Below, one piece after another: positions 1-9,009 of a DNA stretch of 64,000 nt. The DNA is from an uncultured delta proteobacterium (GTDB lineage Bacteria; Desulfobacterota; Syntrophobacteria; BM002). The notes below the pieces were generated by a model. It was not told the DNA's origin. It did no database searches and saw only the letters and a program-made list of their open reading frames with translations. Where the stretch lies: positions 1 to 64,000 of the forward strand of contig CAVQGX010000003.1 of NCBI GenBank assembly GCA_963712115.1, read 5' to 3'. Positions within the stretch are counted from its first letter, which is position 1; every line of letters starts with the position of its first letter. The position numbers were made by a program, and so were the translations under genes.

Positions 1-168
1 CTCTTTCTCAGCTTTCAGTTGGCGTTTGCTAAGTCCATCGATGAAACCGTGTTCGGCATGCTCCACACCCCATCACGATTCGGGCTGCAATATTAAGGTA
101 AAAGCGTCTTAAAAAACAATTAAGTTTGATTGAGCGTCCGACGGTTATTCAAAAGCTTTTGATGACAA

Positions 169-447
169 TCAGAAAAACTTGTTTTTCAAGTCGTGCATGG
201 CCTTCACAATATCTAGGATCGCCTCATGCATGCCCTCAGGGCGGGAGCTTATTTCCGATGTTCCTTTCTTCTCGATCTTGGCCTGAACCTCGGATTTAAT
301 CTTTTTCAAGTTTTGAGCGTGTTTTTCAAACTGCAGGCGATGCTCTTCTTTCATGTCTTCGATGGCATCGGAATTGATCTGTTGGATGAGTTCATCGGCC
401 TCAGCCAGTAATTGCTCGATACTCTTGGATTCTAAGTTCTTTGACAT
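169..447 (-). CDS. hypothetical coiled-coil protein
   Basis: 92-aa ORF with AGGAAAGGAAA SD-like sequence upstream; charged, helical composition. Confidence 0.7.
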   Translation of the reverse strand: MSKNLESKSIEQLLAEADELIQQINSDAIEDMKEEHRLQFEKHAQNLKKIKSEVQAKIEKKGTSEISSRPEGMHEAILDIVKAMHDLKNKFF

Positions 448-1093
448 AATGTTTCCTTTCCTATGGGTTCTTGCCCGTCATTGCATGAAATACGCGAGGC
501 GGAGACTCTCCTCACAATCACCACTGTCATTTTCCCCCGGAAACCGTGTTAACGCCCAACATTTCCTGCGTATGGCGCAGGCCCTCGTGAAACCGGAAAG
601 GACGATGATTGCCGTTTGTATAGAGCCCAAAGCAACTCCTCTCTAGCTTGCGGCTACGACCACATATTTTTTGAATTGGTAGGAAACTGAAGGTTTGTGA
701 GCCCAAACTTCAATATCCTGCTCTCCATACGCACCCCAATAGGGTGTGATTGCTTGAACCTGCCATCAGCCTATGACTGCTTGCCATAGTCCTCGCCTTC
801 GACCTTTTTAGAATTCTAAAGGTATTCTTCAATATTGGCAATGTGTGAACTTCATGGATATTCAAGATATGAGAAGAAGATGTGACTTTGATTAAAATCG
901 AGAAATTGATAATCCTATCCATCTGCTGGAGAACTTCATTTAATATCCCCGGCCAAAGACTAGAGATTGTGTGCACTCAACTATATCTTGAGAAACCAGT
1001 TCAGAAAGTGAGATAATCGGCCAGTGGAGATACTCCTCTTCTAGTACAAACCCCAAATTTTCCCCAATAAATTCCTACAACAGGAGGTGAACC

Positions 1094-1930
1094 ATGAAAG
1101 TCCCACAAGCAGTGGATGCATGTCTGGAATATCACCAGGCCAATTCGGAAAAAAATACGGCCATTACCTACAGGTTCGTGCTTGGCCGATTCAGAAATGA
1201 ATTTGAAAAAGCGCGAGTTGATAAGCTCACCTCGGAAGAGATTTTCTCATTTCTCGCTGGCTTCACCGAGGGGAAAAAGCAGAGCACCAAGTACACCTGG
1301 TGTGCCGTCCTTCGAGCCTTTTTTAACCACATCATCTACCGTTATCAGTCCTCCTTCCAAAATCCCTGTGACAATCGAATAATAAGACACGTATTTCGGC
1401 CTCCTCGAATCGGTGCCATTGATATCATCGACCGGGAAACAGTAGACGAAATTATCTATACCACGAAGCTTATGAGGGATCGGCTCATTCTGGAGCTGCT
1501 AGCACGAGGTGGAATGCGCATCGGTGAGGTTCTCAAACTCACACCTGCGGACATTGACGGTATTAAAATTATTCTTCTTCAGCCGAAAAGCGGCTGGGAG
1601 AAGGAGGTTGTTTTCATTCCGAAACGGATTTCAGAAAGATTGCGGAATTACGTCAGAGATGATGGAATCCGTTCTCATGAGAACATCTTCCCTTTGACTT
1701 ACGGAGGAGCCAGACACGTTGTCAAAAGGGCCGGCAAGAGACTCGGTGTACGTTTGAGACCGCATGACCTTCGCCGCTACGCTGCAACTTATGCCTCGAG
1801 GTCAGGAGTACCTCTGGAGGTGGTCTCCAAGGTGATTCTGCGCCACAAGAATCTGTCGACTACACAGAGGTATCTGGGCAAGGTGAGTGAGGCGAAAGCA
1901 GCGAGATGGATTGACCGGATCTATGAATAG
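1094..1930 (+). CDS. tyrosine recombinase/integrase (XerC/D-like)
   Basis: GMRIGE, PHDLRR, LRH and TQRYL catalytic motifs; strong AGGAGGT SD. Confidence 0.92.
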   Translation: MKVPQAVDACLEYHQANSEKNTAITYRFVLGRFRNEFEKARVDKLTSEEIFSFLAGFTEGKKQSTKYTWCAVLRAFFNHIIYRYQSSFQNPCDNRIIRHVFRPPRIGAIDIIDRETVDEIIYTTKLMRDRLILELLARGGMRIGEVLKLTPADIDGIKIILLQPKSGWEKEVVFIPKRISERLRNYVRDDGIRSHENIFPLTYGGARHVVKRAGKRLGVRLRPHDLRRYAATYASRSGVPLEVVSKVILRHKNLSTTQRYLGKVSEAKAARWIDRIYE

Positions 1931-1948
1931 AATCAAGCACAAAATCTT

Positions 1949-1971
1949 GGGGCTGAGTAAATCTCAGCCCC
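1949..1971. terminator. hairpin downstream of integrase
   Basis: GGGGCTGAG-taaat-CTCAGCCCC perfect stem between convergent genes; no clear U-tract. Confidence 0.45.
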
Positions 1972-2102
1972 GGCACCACCCAGTATGTTAAATTAACTCC
2001 CAGCTAGTCGCTGGGACATTCCTGTTTGTAACGCTTTAATTAGAATCAGGACAATTACATATTCAAAATAATAAGTATTGCACACCTCAATAAGTCTGGA
2101 TC

Positions 2103-2516
2103 TCAAGATTTCCTCTTCTCTGTGCCCAGGGCGATTTCAATTGTATCCATGTCGGGTTTAATCCCTTCCAAATCAAGCTTCTTCATAACCGCCTGAGCTA
2201 TTACTTTTCGATCCTCTCCAGAAATTTTCACGAATCGTACTCCCATGCCGCGCGGGGTGGTTTCGTCATCAGGTCCATAGATATTTGACCATACGACTTC
2301 AGCGCGAGCTTTCAGAATCTTATTAGACTCAGGAGATTTAATGAGCATATCAAACACTTCACTAAGCCTCAGTGGCCTCGAACATCTTATGTAGATACCA
2401 GCAGCACTGATGTTGTGAGTTACCCCCTCCATCTTATTACCTTTGGCTGTCCGAATGCTTACAGGCCATTTAATCCTTGCTCTGGCATTTTTGCGATTCT
2501 CATCCGGCAGAGCCAT
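2103..2516 (-). CDS. PilZ domain protein
   Basis: RKNAR (RxxxR) and NISAAG (D/NxSxxG) motifs; GMGVRF C-terminal strand. Confidence 0.9.
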   Translation of the reverse strand: MALPDENRKNARARIKWPVSIRTAKGNKMEGVTHNISAAGIYIRCSRPLRLSEVFDMLIKSPESNKILKARAEVVWSNIYGPDDETTPRGMGVRFVKISGEDRKVIAQAVMKKLDLEGIKPDMDTIEIALGTEKRKS

Positions 2517-2808
2517 TTAGTTTCCTCTCCGTCTTCAGAAACTGAGTTTAAGACTGGTTTAATGACATAAGTAGGACTCTTATGGGGCAGGATGCAACAC
2601 CATCAAAGAAGACTTTGTTAGCAGCATTCATAAGTCGCCCTTTACAACGCGGTGGCCTCCACTCTCACAGTTATTCCATGGACAATAGGATTCTTTTCAT
2701 TGTTTGTAAAACAAACGTACCAGTTTGGGTGAATATAAATCGAGTAATAGACAACGTACTATAGAGAGATGGAGGCGCTCAAGGACTCGGCCAGAATCTC
2801 AAGGCTTT

Positions 2809-3174
2809 TCATTTGAATTTCGAAACAGTGCCATCAAACAGCCCTCCAGATTCTATTGACAGTGTTCCATAAGAGACGTTTCCTTTCACTTTTCCTGTGC
2901 GAAAAAAGGTTAACTTGCCCTTGCAAAGCATTTCGCCCTCAAAGGTACCTGCCACCATCGCGGTTTCGGCTTCAACATTGGCATCGACATCGCCATCTTC
3001 CATAATCCCCAAGGAACCACACTTTATAGTCCCTGTCACAGAACCTTCTATTATTAAGGCTCCATCTGTTTCAATACTTCCTTCCAGCTTACTGCTGGGT
3101 GAGATGACCGTAGTTTTAGAGAGTATTGATTTGGTGTTGTGTTTGCCGGGTTTTCCATTTTTTGTCTGCCACAC
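2809..3174 (-). CDS. bactofilin (polymer-forming cytoskeletal protein)
   Basis: Repeated beta-helix pattern: LEGSI, IEGSVTGTI, VKGNVSYGTLSIESGGLFDG. Confidence 0.88.
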   Translation of the reverse strand: MWQTKNGKPGKHNTKSILSKTTVISPSSKLEGSIETDGALIIEGSVTGTIKCGSLGIMEDGDVDANVEAETAMVAGTFEGEMLCKGKLTFFRTGKVKGNVSYGTLSIESGGLFDGTVSKFK

Positions 3175-3227
3175 GGTAAATCCTCTTTTTGGTGTGAGAA
3201 GGCTATCAGGTTACAGCCATGGCAAAT

Positions 3228-3243
3228 TGCAAAGTTTATGCCC
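3228..3243 (-). promoter_or_regulatory. sigma54 -24/-12 promoter for the bactofilin gene
   Basis: Minus strand GGGCATAAACTTTGCA (GG-N10-GC). Confidence 0.6.
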
Positions 3244-3254
3244 TGCTCATCTGA

Positions 3255-3614
3255 TCAGGAAGGCAGCATGACAAAATCATGGAGAAATTGGAGTTCTTTA
3301 TCGGGGACTTCAATGAAGCGCAAACCTATTCCAAGTAGTGTATTCTTCTCATCAGAACTCAGAATGTTGAACCATATCACCTCTGCGCAAATAAAAAGAG
3401 GTGCTACACTGGGAGCTTGAATGATGAGGTCAACCACCTTATGCAGTTGTAGTGGTCGATCATCCCCGTGAGGCCGAAAGTAGTAGATGAATGCGCCTTG
3501 GGGACTGATGTTTCTCGTTGTCCCATCTATTGACTTGTCTTTGATGATAATCTTCGCAGGCCAATTTATTAATTTAACCCTTTTAAATGCCCGTCTTTCA
3601 ATCTTTGGTTCCAT
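3255..3614 (-). CDS. PilZ domain protein
   Basis: RAFKR and NISPQG motifs, GIGLRF. Confidence 0.88.
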   Translation of the reverse strand: MEPKIERRAFKRVKLINWPAKIIIKDKSIDGTTRNISPQGAFIYYFRPHGDDRPLQLHKVVDLIIQAPSVAPLFICAEVIWFNILSSDEKNTLLGIGLRFIEVPDKELQFLHDFVMLPS

Positions 3615-3730
3615 GGTTGAAGCTTGTGATTATTCCTTTGATTTTTCTTCCTCTCTCCAGTCGATGCCGTGGTTCTTCATGGCCCTTGTGAACTGTTATA
3701 AGATTACAGAAAAGCCTGACAAGTGGCAAT

Positions 3731-3768
3731 AAAAAAGCCCCCCACTGGCCATCAAGGCCAATGGGGGC
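3731..3768 (-). terminator. rho-independent terminator after the pilin gene
   Basis: Minus strand GCCCCCATTGGCC-loop-GGCCAGTGGGGGGC followed by T6. Confidence 0.8.
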
Positions 3769-3807
3769 TATGTTTATCTACTTCGGTGGTCTTTTGATCA
3801 GACGGAG

Positions 3808-4011
3808 CTAGGGAAAGTGTTGGTGCTCTTGGTAGTAGGCTTCTAGATTGGTTTTCACGTTACGCAAATCACTCAGTGCTGCAGAGTTGTAACTCTTTTG
3901 CCGGTAGGTGGCAAACTGTGGAATTGCGACTGCTACCAAAATACCAATGATGGCGATTACGACCATGATTTCGACAAGGGTAAATCCAACACTAAATAAT
4001 CTTTTCGGCAC
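3808..4011 (-). CDS. pilA: short type IVa pilin (Geobacter PilA-N-like)
   Basis: G|FTLVE prepilin cleavage site; 58-aa mature chain with IPQFATYRQKSYNSAALSDLRN. Confidence 0.85.
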   Translation of the reverse strand: MPKRLFSVGFTLVEIMVVIAIIGILVAVAIPQFATYRQKSYNSAALSDLRNVKTNLEAYYQEHQHFP

Positions 4012-4079
4012 GGTTCTTCCTATTTTCGTTAAGCAAGTATCAGGAGTAATGATTATGCTAGATTAAACGTTTTTTTTGA

Positions 4080-4095
4080 TGCAAACCCGATACCA
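4080..4095 (-). promoter_or_regulatory. sigma54 promoter for the pilin gene
   Basis: Minus strand TGGTATCGGGTTTGCA. Confidence 0.7.
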
Positions 4096-4197
4096 ATAAA
4101 AAGGCGGAACCAGTGACTTCGCTGTGGTGTTTTACTAAGTGCATAGACGTGGCAATGAAGAAATGGGGAGAGTCTCTTTTTAACCCCGGCCTTGCTC

Positions 4198-4581
4198 TTA
4201 GAGTTTATCTAATGTTCGTTCAATTGTGCTGAGCACAGCAGATTCGTCGTAATCTCCTTCGGTTACAGCTGATGCCCTTTTCTTTATAGCGAAGGTGATC
4301 ACTTTGATGTTGAGTTCGTTGCCAAACTTGACAATGTCCTCGTCATTTAGCTCAGCGGATTGCACTCTTATTCCGTTCACAAAGTTGCCGTTTCTGCTTT
4401 CTTTATCTAGGACGATCAGTTTTTCGTCTTTTCTTTCAATAACCGCATGGTGGTTAGAGACGGCTGCATCTTTGGGTACAATGTCATTGTCGGGATGCCG
4501 ACCAATTGTTAATCTACCCCCCTCTTTGAGAGTGTACTCTTTTAAGACAAGTTGTTTAAACCGTAATTCTAGTATAACCAT
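4198..4581 (-). CDS. stand-alone FHA domain protein
   Basis: IGR, VSNHHA and SRNG..VNG FHA motifs. Confidence 0.9.
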   Translation of the reverse strand: MVILELRFKQLVLKEYTLKEGGRLTIGRHPDNDIVPKDAAVSNHHAVIERKDEKLIVLDKESRNGNFVNGIRVQSAELNDEDIVKFGNELNIKVITFAIKKRASAVTEGDYDESAVLSTIERTLDKL

Positions 4582-4622
4582 GTTTCCCTCAGTTGATCCT
4601 AATTACCCCATGTAAGGACAAA

Positions 4623-4638
4623 TGCACCGTTCATGCCA
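4623..4638 (-). promoter_or_regulatory. sigma54 promoter for the FHA gene
   Basis: Minus strand TGGCATGAACGGTGCA. Confidence 0.6.
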
Positions 4639-4879
4639 GTTCGACTTACTGTAAAACTTCACATAACATCCCTTTCACAGTTTTGGCTCTAGGAAGGATA
4701 CTACTACATGTGGGTGCGAACCAGAAAGAGCAAAAGTGTATTAAAGTATGAGATACAAATTCCCAGGAAAATGGCAGGAGAGTTTACATACTGACAATGA
4801 ATGTGAATTGGACATAAGCAAACGGAGTTGAAACTCCTCAGTGTTCTTGAAAAACTGCCTGACACTTTTCACTAAAGCT

Positions 4880-6079
4880 TCATGCGATTATGTGAGTCTG
4901 GCCATACAGAAAGTCCTGTAGTTTTTTATTATCCTCGGCTGAAGGATTGAAAAAGTCTACTCCAAGTTGAGCAGTGTGCTTACCGTAATCTACGTGGCGA
5001 ATAGTAGCCAAAGTGGAGACTTCCCCCCAAGATTCAGGGAGTTCGATTTTCAACTGAAGCTGGCAGCCGGGACGAAAGGCCTCCATGGCCGGTCCCATCA
5101 CCACTAGGAGCGTACCAGAGGGTGAAATATCCAAGGAGGTTGCCTTATAGGTGTGGTTGATCATCGCCTCTGGAAGAGTTTCCTCAGGCCAGACGGTAAA
5201 TGTCACTATAAGCCTTTCGTTTATGCGTGCATCGGACCTCCGCTCCTGTATATTGGCCTCAGTCCGCTTCTTTCCGGAATCCCTCACACGCTCGCGAAAA
5301 TACTCGAGGAGAACTTTTTTAATCTGTGGGTAGCGGCGCATGAGCCTCCGCATGTTGTTATAGCTAATCTCGCCGAGTAGACTTTCCTCAAGTGTTGCCA
5401 CTGAGCCTGATCGTGGTTTTCCTGTAAGAAATGCCATCTCCCCGAAAAATTGATTGGGTGCCAATGTGGCTAGCTCAAATTCATTACCATCGTTGTCTTT
5501 TGTAAATATCTTCACTCTGCCATCAAGGACAATGTAGATGGAGCGACCAGGATCACCCTCGCTGAGGATTAGCTGGCTAGCACTGAAAAGGTGCAAGTTT
5601 GCGATGTCTTCCAGTTCTCTAAGTTCATTTTTTCCAAGCGAATTGAAGATGGGTGTAGACAGAAGGGCTCCTTGCAGACGCATAAACCCGGGATTAGTGC
5701 GATTAGGGTTGGTAAGAGGGAACTGGTATTTGATCATCGCCTCAAACACTTTCATTGTCTCAGTTAGTTTCCCTGAGTTTTCCAGAGCATTTTCTTCCAT
5801 AAAATGAAGTGTAACTCCTCCAACCTGAAAACTATCCCCGGATTTAAGAGCTTTCTTGATCACACGTTCACCAGAAAAGATAATTCCATTGGCGCTTCCC
5901 AGATCTTCGATGACGTAGGTGCTCTTCTGTAAGCTTATTCTGGCATGCGAGCGGGAGACCTCCCAGTCGAAAAGAGTGATGTCATTCTCCGAACTGCGAC
6001 CAATGGTCATAGATCCATCCAGGGGATAGATGCTTTTCTGCAACTCTCCTTTCTCTTGGCAAAGATAAAATCGCTTCAT
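4880..6079 (-). CDS. FHA-cNMP-binding-PilZ protein
   Basis: IGRS/VSRSHA/SANG (FHA); FFGEMAFLTGKPRS (cNMP); RRSDAR and DISPSG (PilZ). Confidence 0.9.
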   Translation of the reverse strand: MKRFYLCQEKGELQKSIYPLDGSMTIGRSSENDITLFDWEVSRSHARISLQKSTYVIEDLGSANGIIFSGERVIKKALKSGDSFQVGGVTLHFMEENALENSGKLTETMKVFEAMIKYQFPLTNPNRTNPGFMRLQGALLSTPIFNSLGKNELRELEDIANLHLFSASQLILSEGDPGRSIYIVLDGRVKIFTKDNDGNEFELATLAPNQFFGEMAFLTGKPRSGSVATLEESLLGEISYNNMRRLMRRYPQIKKVLLEYFRERVRDSGKKRTEANIQERRSDARINERLIVTFTVWPEETLPEAMINHTYKATSLDISPSGTLLVVMGPAMEAFRPGCQLQLKIELPESWGEVSTLATIRHVDYGKHTAQLGVDFFNPSAEDNKKLQDFLYGQTHIIA

Positions 6080-6145
6080 CCTGTGAATCCAAAAGTTTTG
6101 AGGTCAGGCGCTCTGAAAAACTTCAGATCAGCAGTGTCCTTCTGA

Positions 6146-6161
6146 TGCAATTTTCAGGCCT
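6146..6161 (-). promoter_or_regulatory. sigma54 promoter for the FHA-cNMP-PilZ gene
   Basis: Minus strand AGGCCTGAAAATTGCA. Confidence 0.5.
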
Positions 6162-6277
6162 GTATGGCCAACGATATTGTGATATCCGGGTCAAACCTGA
6201 TAGGCTTTTGAGCAGGGCTGAAAATGGTGCATATAATGATGAAGGTAAACTAACCTCGATCAAGGCAAAAGGTTAGA

Positions 6278-6367
6278 TAACATCCCTCAATCCACACTCT
6301 TCTGGGAGTTGCTCAGGCACAAGATGTTGACAAGAAAAAAGCGGGGCCAAGGACTCCGCATTTTCTT
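6278..6367. repeat. bipartite intergenic repeat copy A plus minus-strand terminator
   Basis: ACATCCCT...AGGCACAAGATGTTGA; similar to 15032-15120, 15963-16015 and 16929-16983. Confidence 0.75.
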
Positions 6368-6503
6368 AGTTTAAACCAAGATATTGTAGCTTGGTCTTAA
6401 GAGGAAAAGTGGGGATTATGCAATCTTCACTCCAGGTAGGCTAATAGAGATGAGTTGAGGACACTGATGTTGTTGTGAGGGGGACTTGTTTATAGTTAAC
6501 TGT

Positions 6504-6911
6504 TTAGCTGGCACTTGACTTAATATCCTCAACTGTTGTGTTTAGGGTTTTCAGATAATCTTCAGCCACTTTTTTCACGCCTTGGCCTTCTAGCTCGGAA
6601 GCGATAAACAAGCGGTTTTGACTTGAGATTTTAAGAAACCGAACACGCATCCCCCGTGGTATAATTTCATCAGCCCGACTGTAGATATTTGGCCAGACGA
6701 CTAGAGCCTTGGCTTCAAAGGACCGGCTGGGAGCATTAATGGTCATCCAACAAACTTCATTTAGCTTTAGGGGTCTTGAACAGAGGATAAGGACACCATT
6801 AGGGTTTACCAGTGTGATTAGCCCATCCATCTCCCCTTTGGGATGCTTCACGGTTACAGGCCAACTGGTTTTGGCGCTGGTAACCTTGCGACTTCGTTCA
6901 CTCATAGTCAC
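6504..6911 (-). CDS. degenerate PilZ domain protein
   Basis: Paralog of 2103 and 6979 (PRGMRVRF) but lacks both RxxxR and DxSxxG. Confidence 0.8.
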   Translation of the reverse strand: MTMSERSRKVTSAKTSWPVTVKHPKGEMDGLITLVNPNGVLILCSRPLKLNEVCWMTINAPSRSFEAKALVVWPNIYSRADEIIPRGMRVRFLKISSQNRLFIASELEGQGVKKVAEDYLKTLNTTVEDIKSSAS

Positions 6912-6978
6912 CTTCCTGCGAAACTGTCGGAATGCCTGGATGTAAAAGTGTAGGCTGAGAAGGCACAGACCAATGAGC

Positions 6979-7413
6979 TTAGGAAGCTAGTGAGTCGGCC
7001 TTCTGGGGAATTTGGTCTTTTTCAATGATTATGGTCTCCAGTGTTTGCAGAAGTTTCGGGTCCATCTCCTCTTTGTCCGATTTCAGATGTTGCATGACCG
7101 CTTTAGCTATGACTTTTCGGTCTTCTCCAGAGATGGCGAGAAATCGAACTCCCATACCACGTGGATTAATATTGTCATCAGGACCATGGATATTAGACCA
7201 GACCACTTCGGCTTTCACACTCAGTGATTTATCTGGAGCTTTTATGACCATATCGAGTAACAGGTTGAATTTTAGCGGTTTGGCGCAACACACGTATGCT
7301 CCACTTACGCTAATGTCCTTGGTTACTCCCTCGATGACTTTACCATCAACCTTGACGGAAACAGCCCATCTGAGCCTTGCTCTAGGATATACTCGGTTCT
7401 CTTCTACTGCCAT
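6979..7413 (-). CDS. PilZ domain protein
   Basis: RVYPR, DISVSG and PRGMGVRF; ATG at 7413 chosen for the upstream GAAAGGAA SD. Confidence 0.9.
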   Translation of the reverse strand: MAVEENRVYPRARLRWAVSVKVDGKVIEGVTKDISVSGAYVCCAKPLKFNLLLDMVIKAPDKSLSVKAEVVWSNIHGPDDNINPRGMGVRFLAISGEDRKVIAKAVMQHLKSDKEEMDPKLLQTLETIIIEKDQIPQKADSLAS

Positions 7414-7486
7414 CGTGGATTCCTTTCTCAAAACTTGTCCCCACACCCGAAATGTTGGCGGGGGCAGCGCTGCAACCCTGGCACTG

Positions 7487-7843
7487 CTAGCCTACTAAGG
7501 TGACTATATTGTCCTGTTCACCAGTTACGGTAGATTCTCTTTTCTTTGTTGAGGTGATGAACGCCTTGATGCTGAGCTTTGTACCAACCTTGATAAGGTC
7601 TCCGTGATATACTTGGGCTGACTGTACTTTTTTCCCGTTTACAAATGTCCCGTTTCTGCTTCCTTTATCATGGACTACCAGATTCTCACCCTTTCTTTCA
7701 AAGTATGCATGATGACGGGAAGCACTCCTGTCTTTGACCACAATGTCATTGTCAGAATGTCGACCAATTGTCAGTCTACTTCCATCTTGGAGCGTGTACT
7801 CCTTCAGGGCGAGGCCTTGAAAGTTCAATTCAAGTTTAACCAT
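7487..7843 (-). CDS. stand-alone FHA domain protein
   Basis: IGRHSDNDI, SRHHA, SRNGTFVNG; paralog of 4198. Confidence 0.9.
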   Translation of the reverse strand: MVKLELNFQGLALKEYTLQDGSRLTIGRHSDNDIVVKDRSASRHHAYFERKGENLVVHDKGSRNGTFVNGKKVQSAQVYHGDLIKVGTKLSIKAFITSTKKRESTVTGEQDNIVTLVG

Positions 7844-7888
7844 GCTTTACTTCCATTTGATATTGCCGAACTGATGTTTTTTTTAAAG

Positions 7889-7904
7889 TGCAAAGCCTAT
7901 GCCA
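7889..7904 (-). promoter_or_regulatory. sigma54 promoter for the FHA-PilZ-PilZ unit
   Basis: Minus strand TGGCATAGGCTTTGCA. Confidence 0.7.
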
Positions 7905-7939
7905 GCCTACTTCGGTTAGTGGGCAGCATGGAGGGATGG

Positions 7940-8046
7940 AAAAAGAAAGCCCCCACTGGCACGGGGCACCATAGCCAGTGAGGGCAAACCAGGATCAGGT
8001 AGGGTAAAGGTAGGAGCCCTACCCGGTTCACAGATAAGCAAAAGGA
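7940..8046 (-). ncRNA. candidate sRNA, copy 1
   Basis: Two hairpins (loops CCUACCUUU and GGUGCCCC) ending in a U-tract; homologous to 16034-16153. Confidence 0.5.
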
Positions 8047-8091
8047 AAATATATGCTGCAACCCTCTTGCTCACCGTCCACTCATTAAATA

Positions 8092-8313
8092 TCAAGCTTG
8101 TCTAAGACGTGCAAGAACCTTCTCAGGGTGATCAGAGGAAAGGCTTTCCTTGGTGCAGCATTGGCTTCTGCAAATTTTCTCAATTTCTTCAATAGTAGAT
8201 AGTTGGGGAAATAGATAGAGTTTTTCTATTTGTTGCTGTTGTGGGCATTTACCCTCAGCGAAAAGCGGACATGCTCTAATCAGACTTTCTATCATTGCTC
8301 TGGCTCGTCTCAA
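8092..8313 (-). CDS. small hypothetical Cys-containing protein
   Basis: ORF with CPLFAEGKCP and CRSQCC; start uncertain. Confidence 0.4.
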   Translation of the reverse strand: MRRARAMIESLIRACPLFAEGKCPQQQQIEKLYLFPQLSTIEEIEKICRSQCCTKESLSSDHPEKVLARLRQA

Positions 8314-9009
8314 ACTGGAAGGGACAAAAAATCAAATAGAGGGTAGTGTAGATTATTAGCCGGAAAATTTCTAGCAATGAATACGAAAACCACCATTTTA
8401 TAGATTAATCGTCTGGCTCAAAGGGGAGAAGGCAAACTTTGGATTACATCACTTAATCGCCACTTTCTGCTCTGGAGGGCTTAACATTAGATGTTGGGGT
8501 GGTTAAAAAGGAGTCCGTTATTTCCTCAGATCGAGTAAGTAAATATCCGACCAGGTCAATAGGCGACTGCATATAACATCGGGTGGTAGGGATTCTCTGG
8601 ATTAAAATTACCACAAAATCTGTGAGAGGAGCAAAACGAAATCACCCGTCTCAAAATCTTCGAGGATCGAGGGCGGGCGACAAAAATGTCGGAAAGGTGT
8701 TATATGCACCGCGGGCTAGAGGCACAGGACTTTGACTTATAACGCTCGATGTAAATTCTCCTGAGTAATATTCTTATTTCTTTGCAGTTGCTCATTACAG
8801 ATACAGCGTTTTCCTTTAAGAGACATCAGTTTTTCTTGCAACTCTTTAGTGTGCCTGCTAATTTACTAGGTTGAAAAATTCCTCTGTTTTCGTCTCTTTC
8901 GCCACAACAGGTTTTTCCAGACATTAATGGATAACCGCTGTAGGGGAAATTGCCAGCCGAGAGCAGGAATCCGGTGAGGGCTTGCTCACCCTTCATTGAG
9001 GCAAAGAAG

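Noticed and set aside
1-168. Partial CDS at the left edge
   Set aside because: Only short open frames with no recognisable motif
7975-8000. c-di-GMP-I (GEMM) riboswitch suggested by GGCAAACC
   Set aside because: The rest of the consensus is missing, and the G-U pairs and U-tract point to the opposite strand
1094-8313. Integron (integrase plus a co-oriented array of small genes)
   Set aside because: The integrase is convergent with the array, no IntI-specific insertion or attC sites were seen, and the genes have their own promoters
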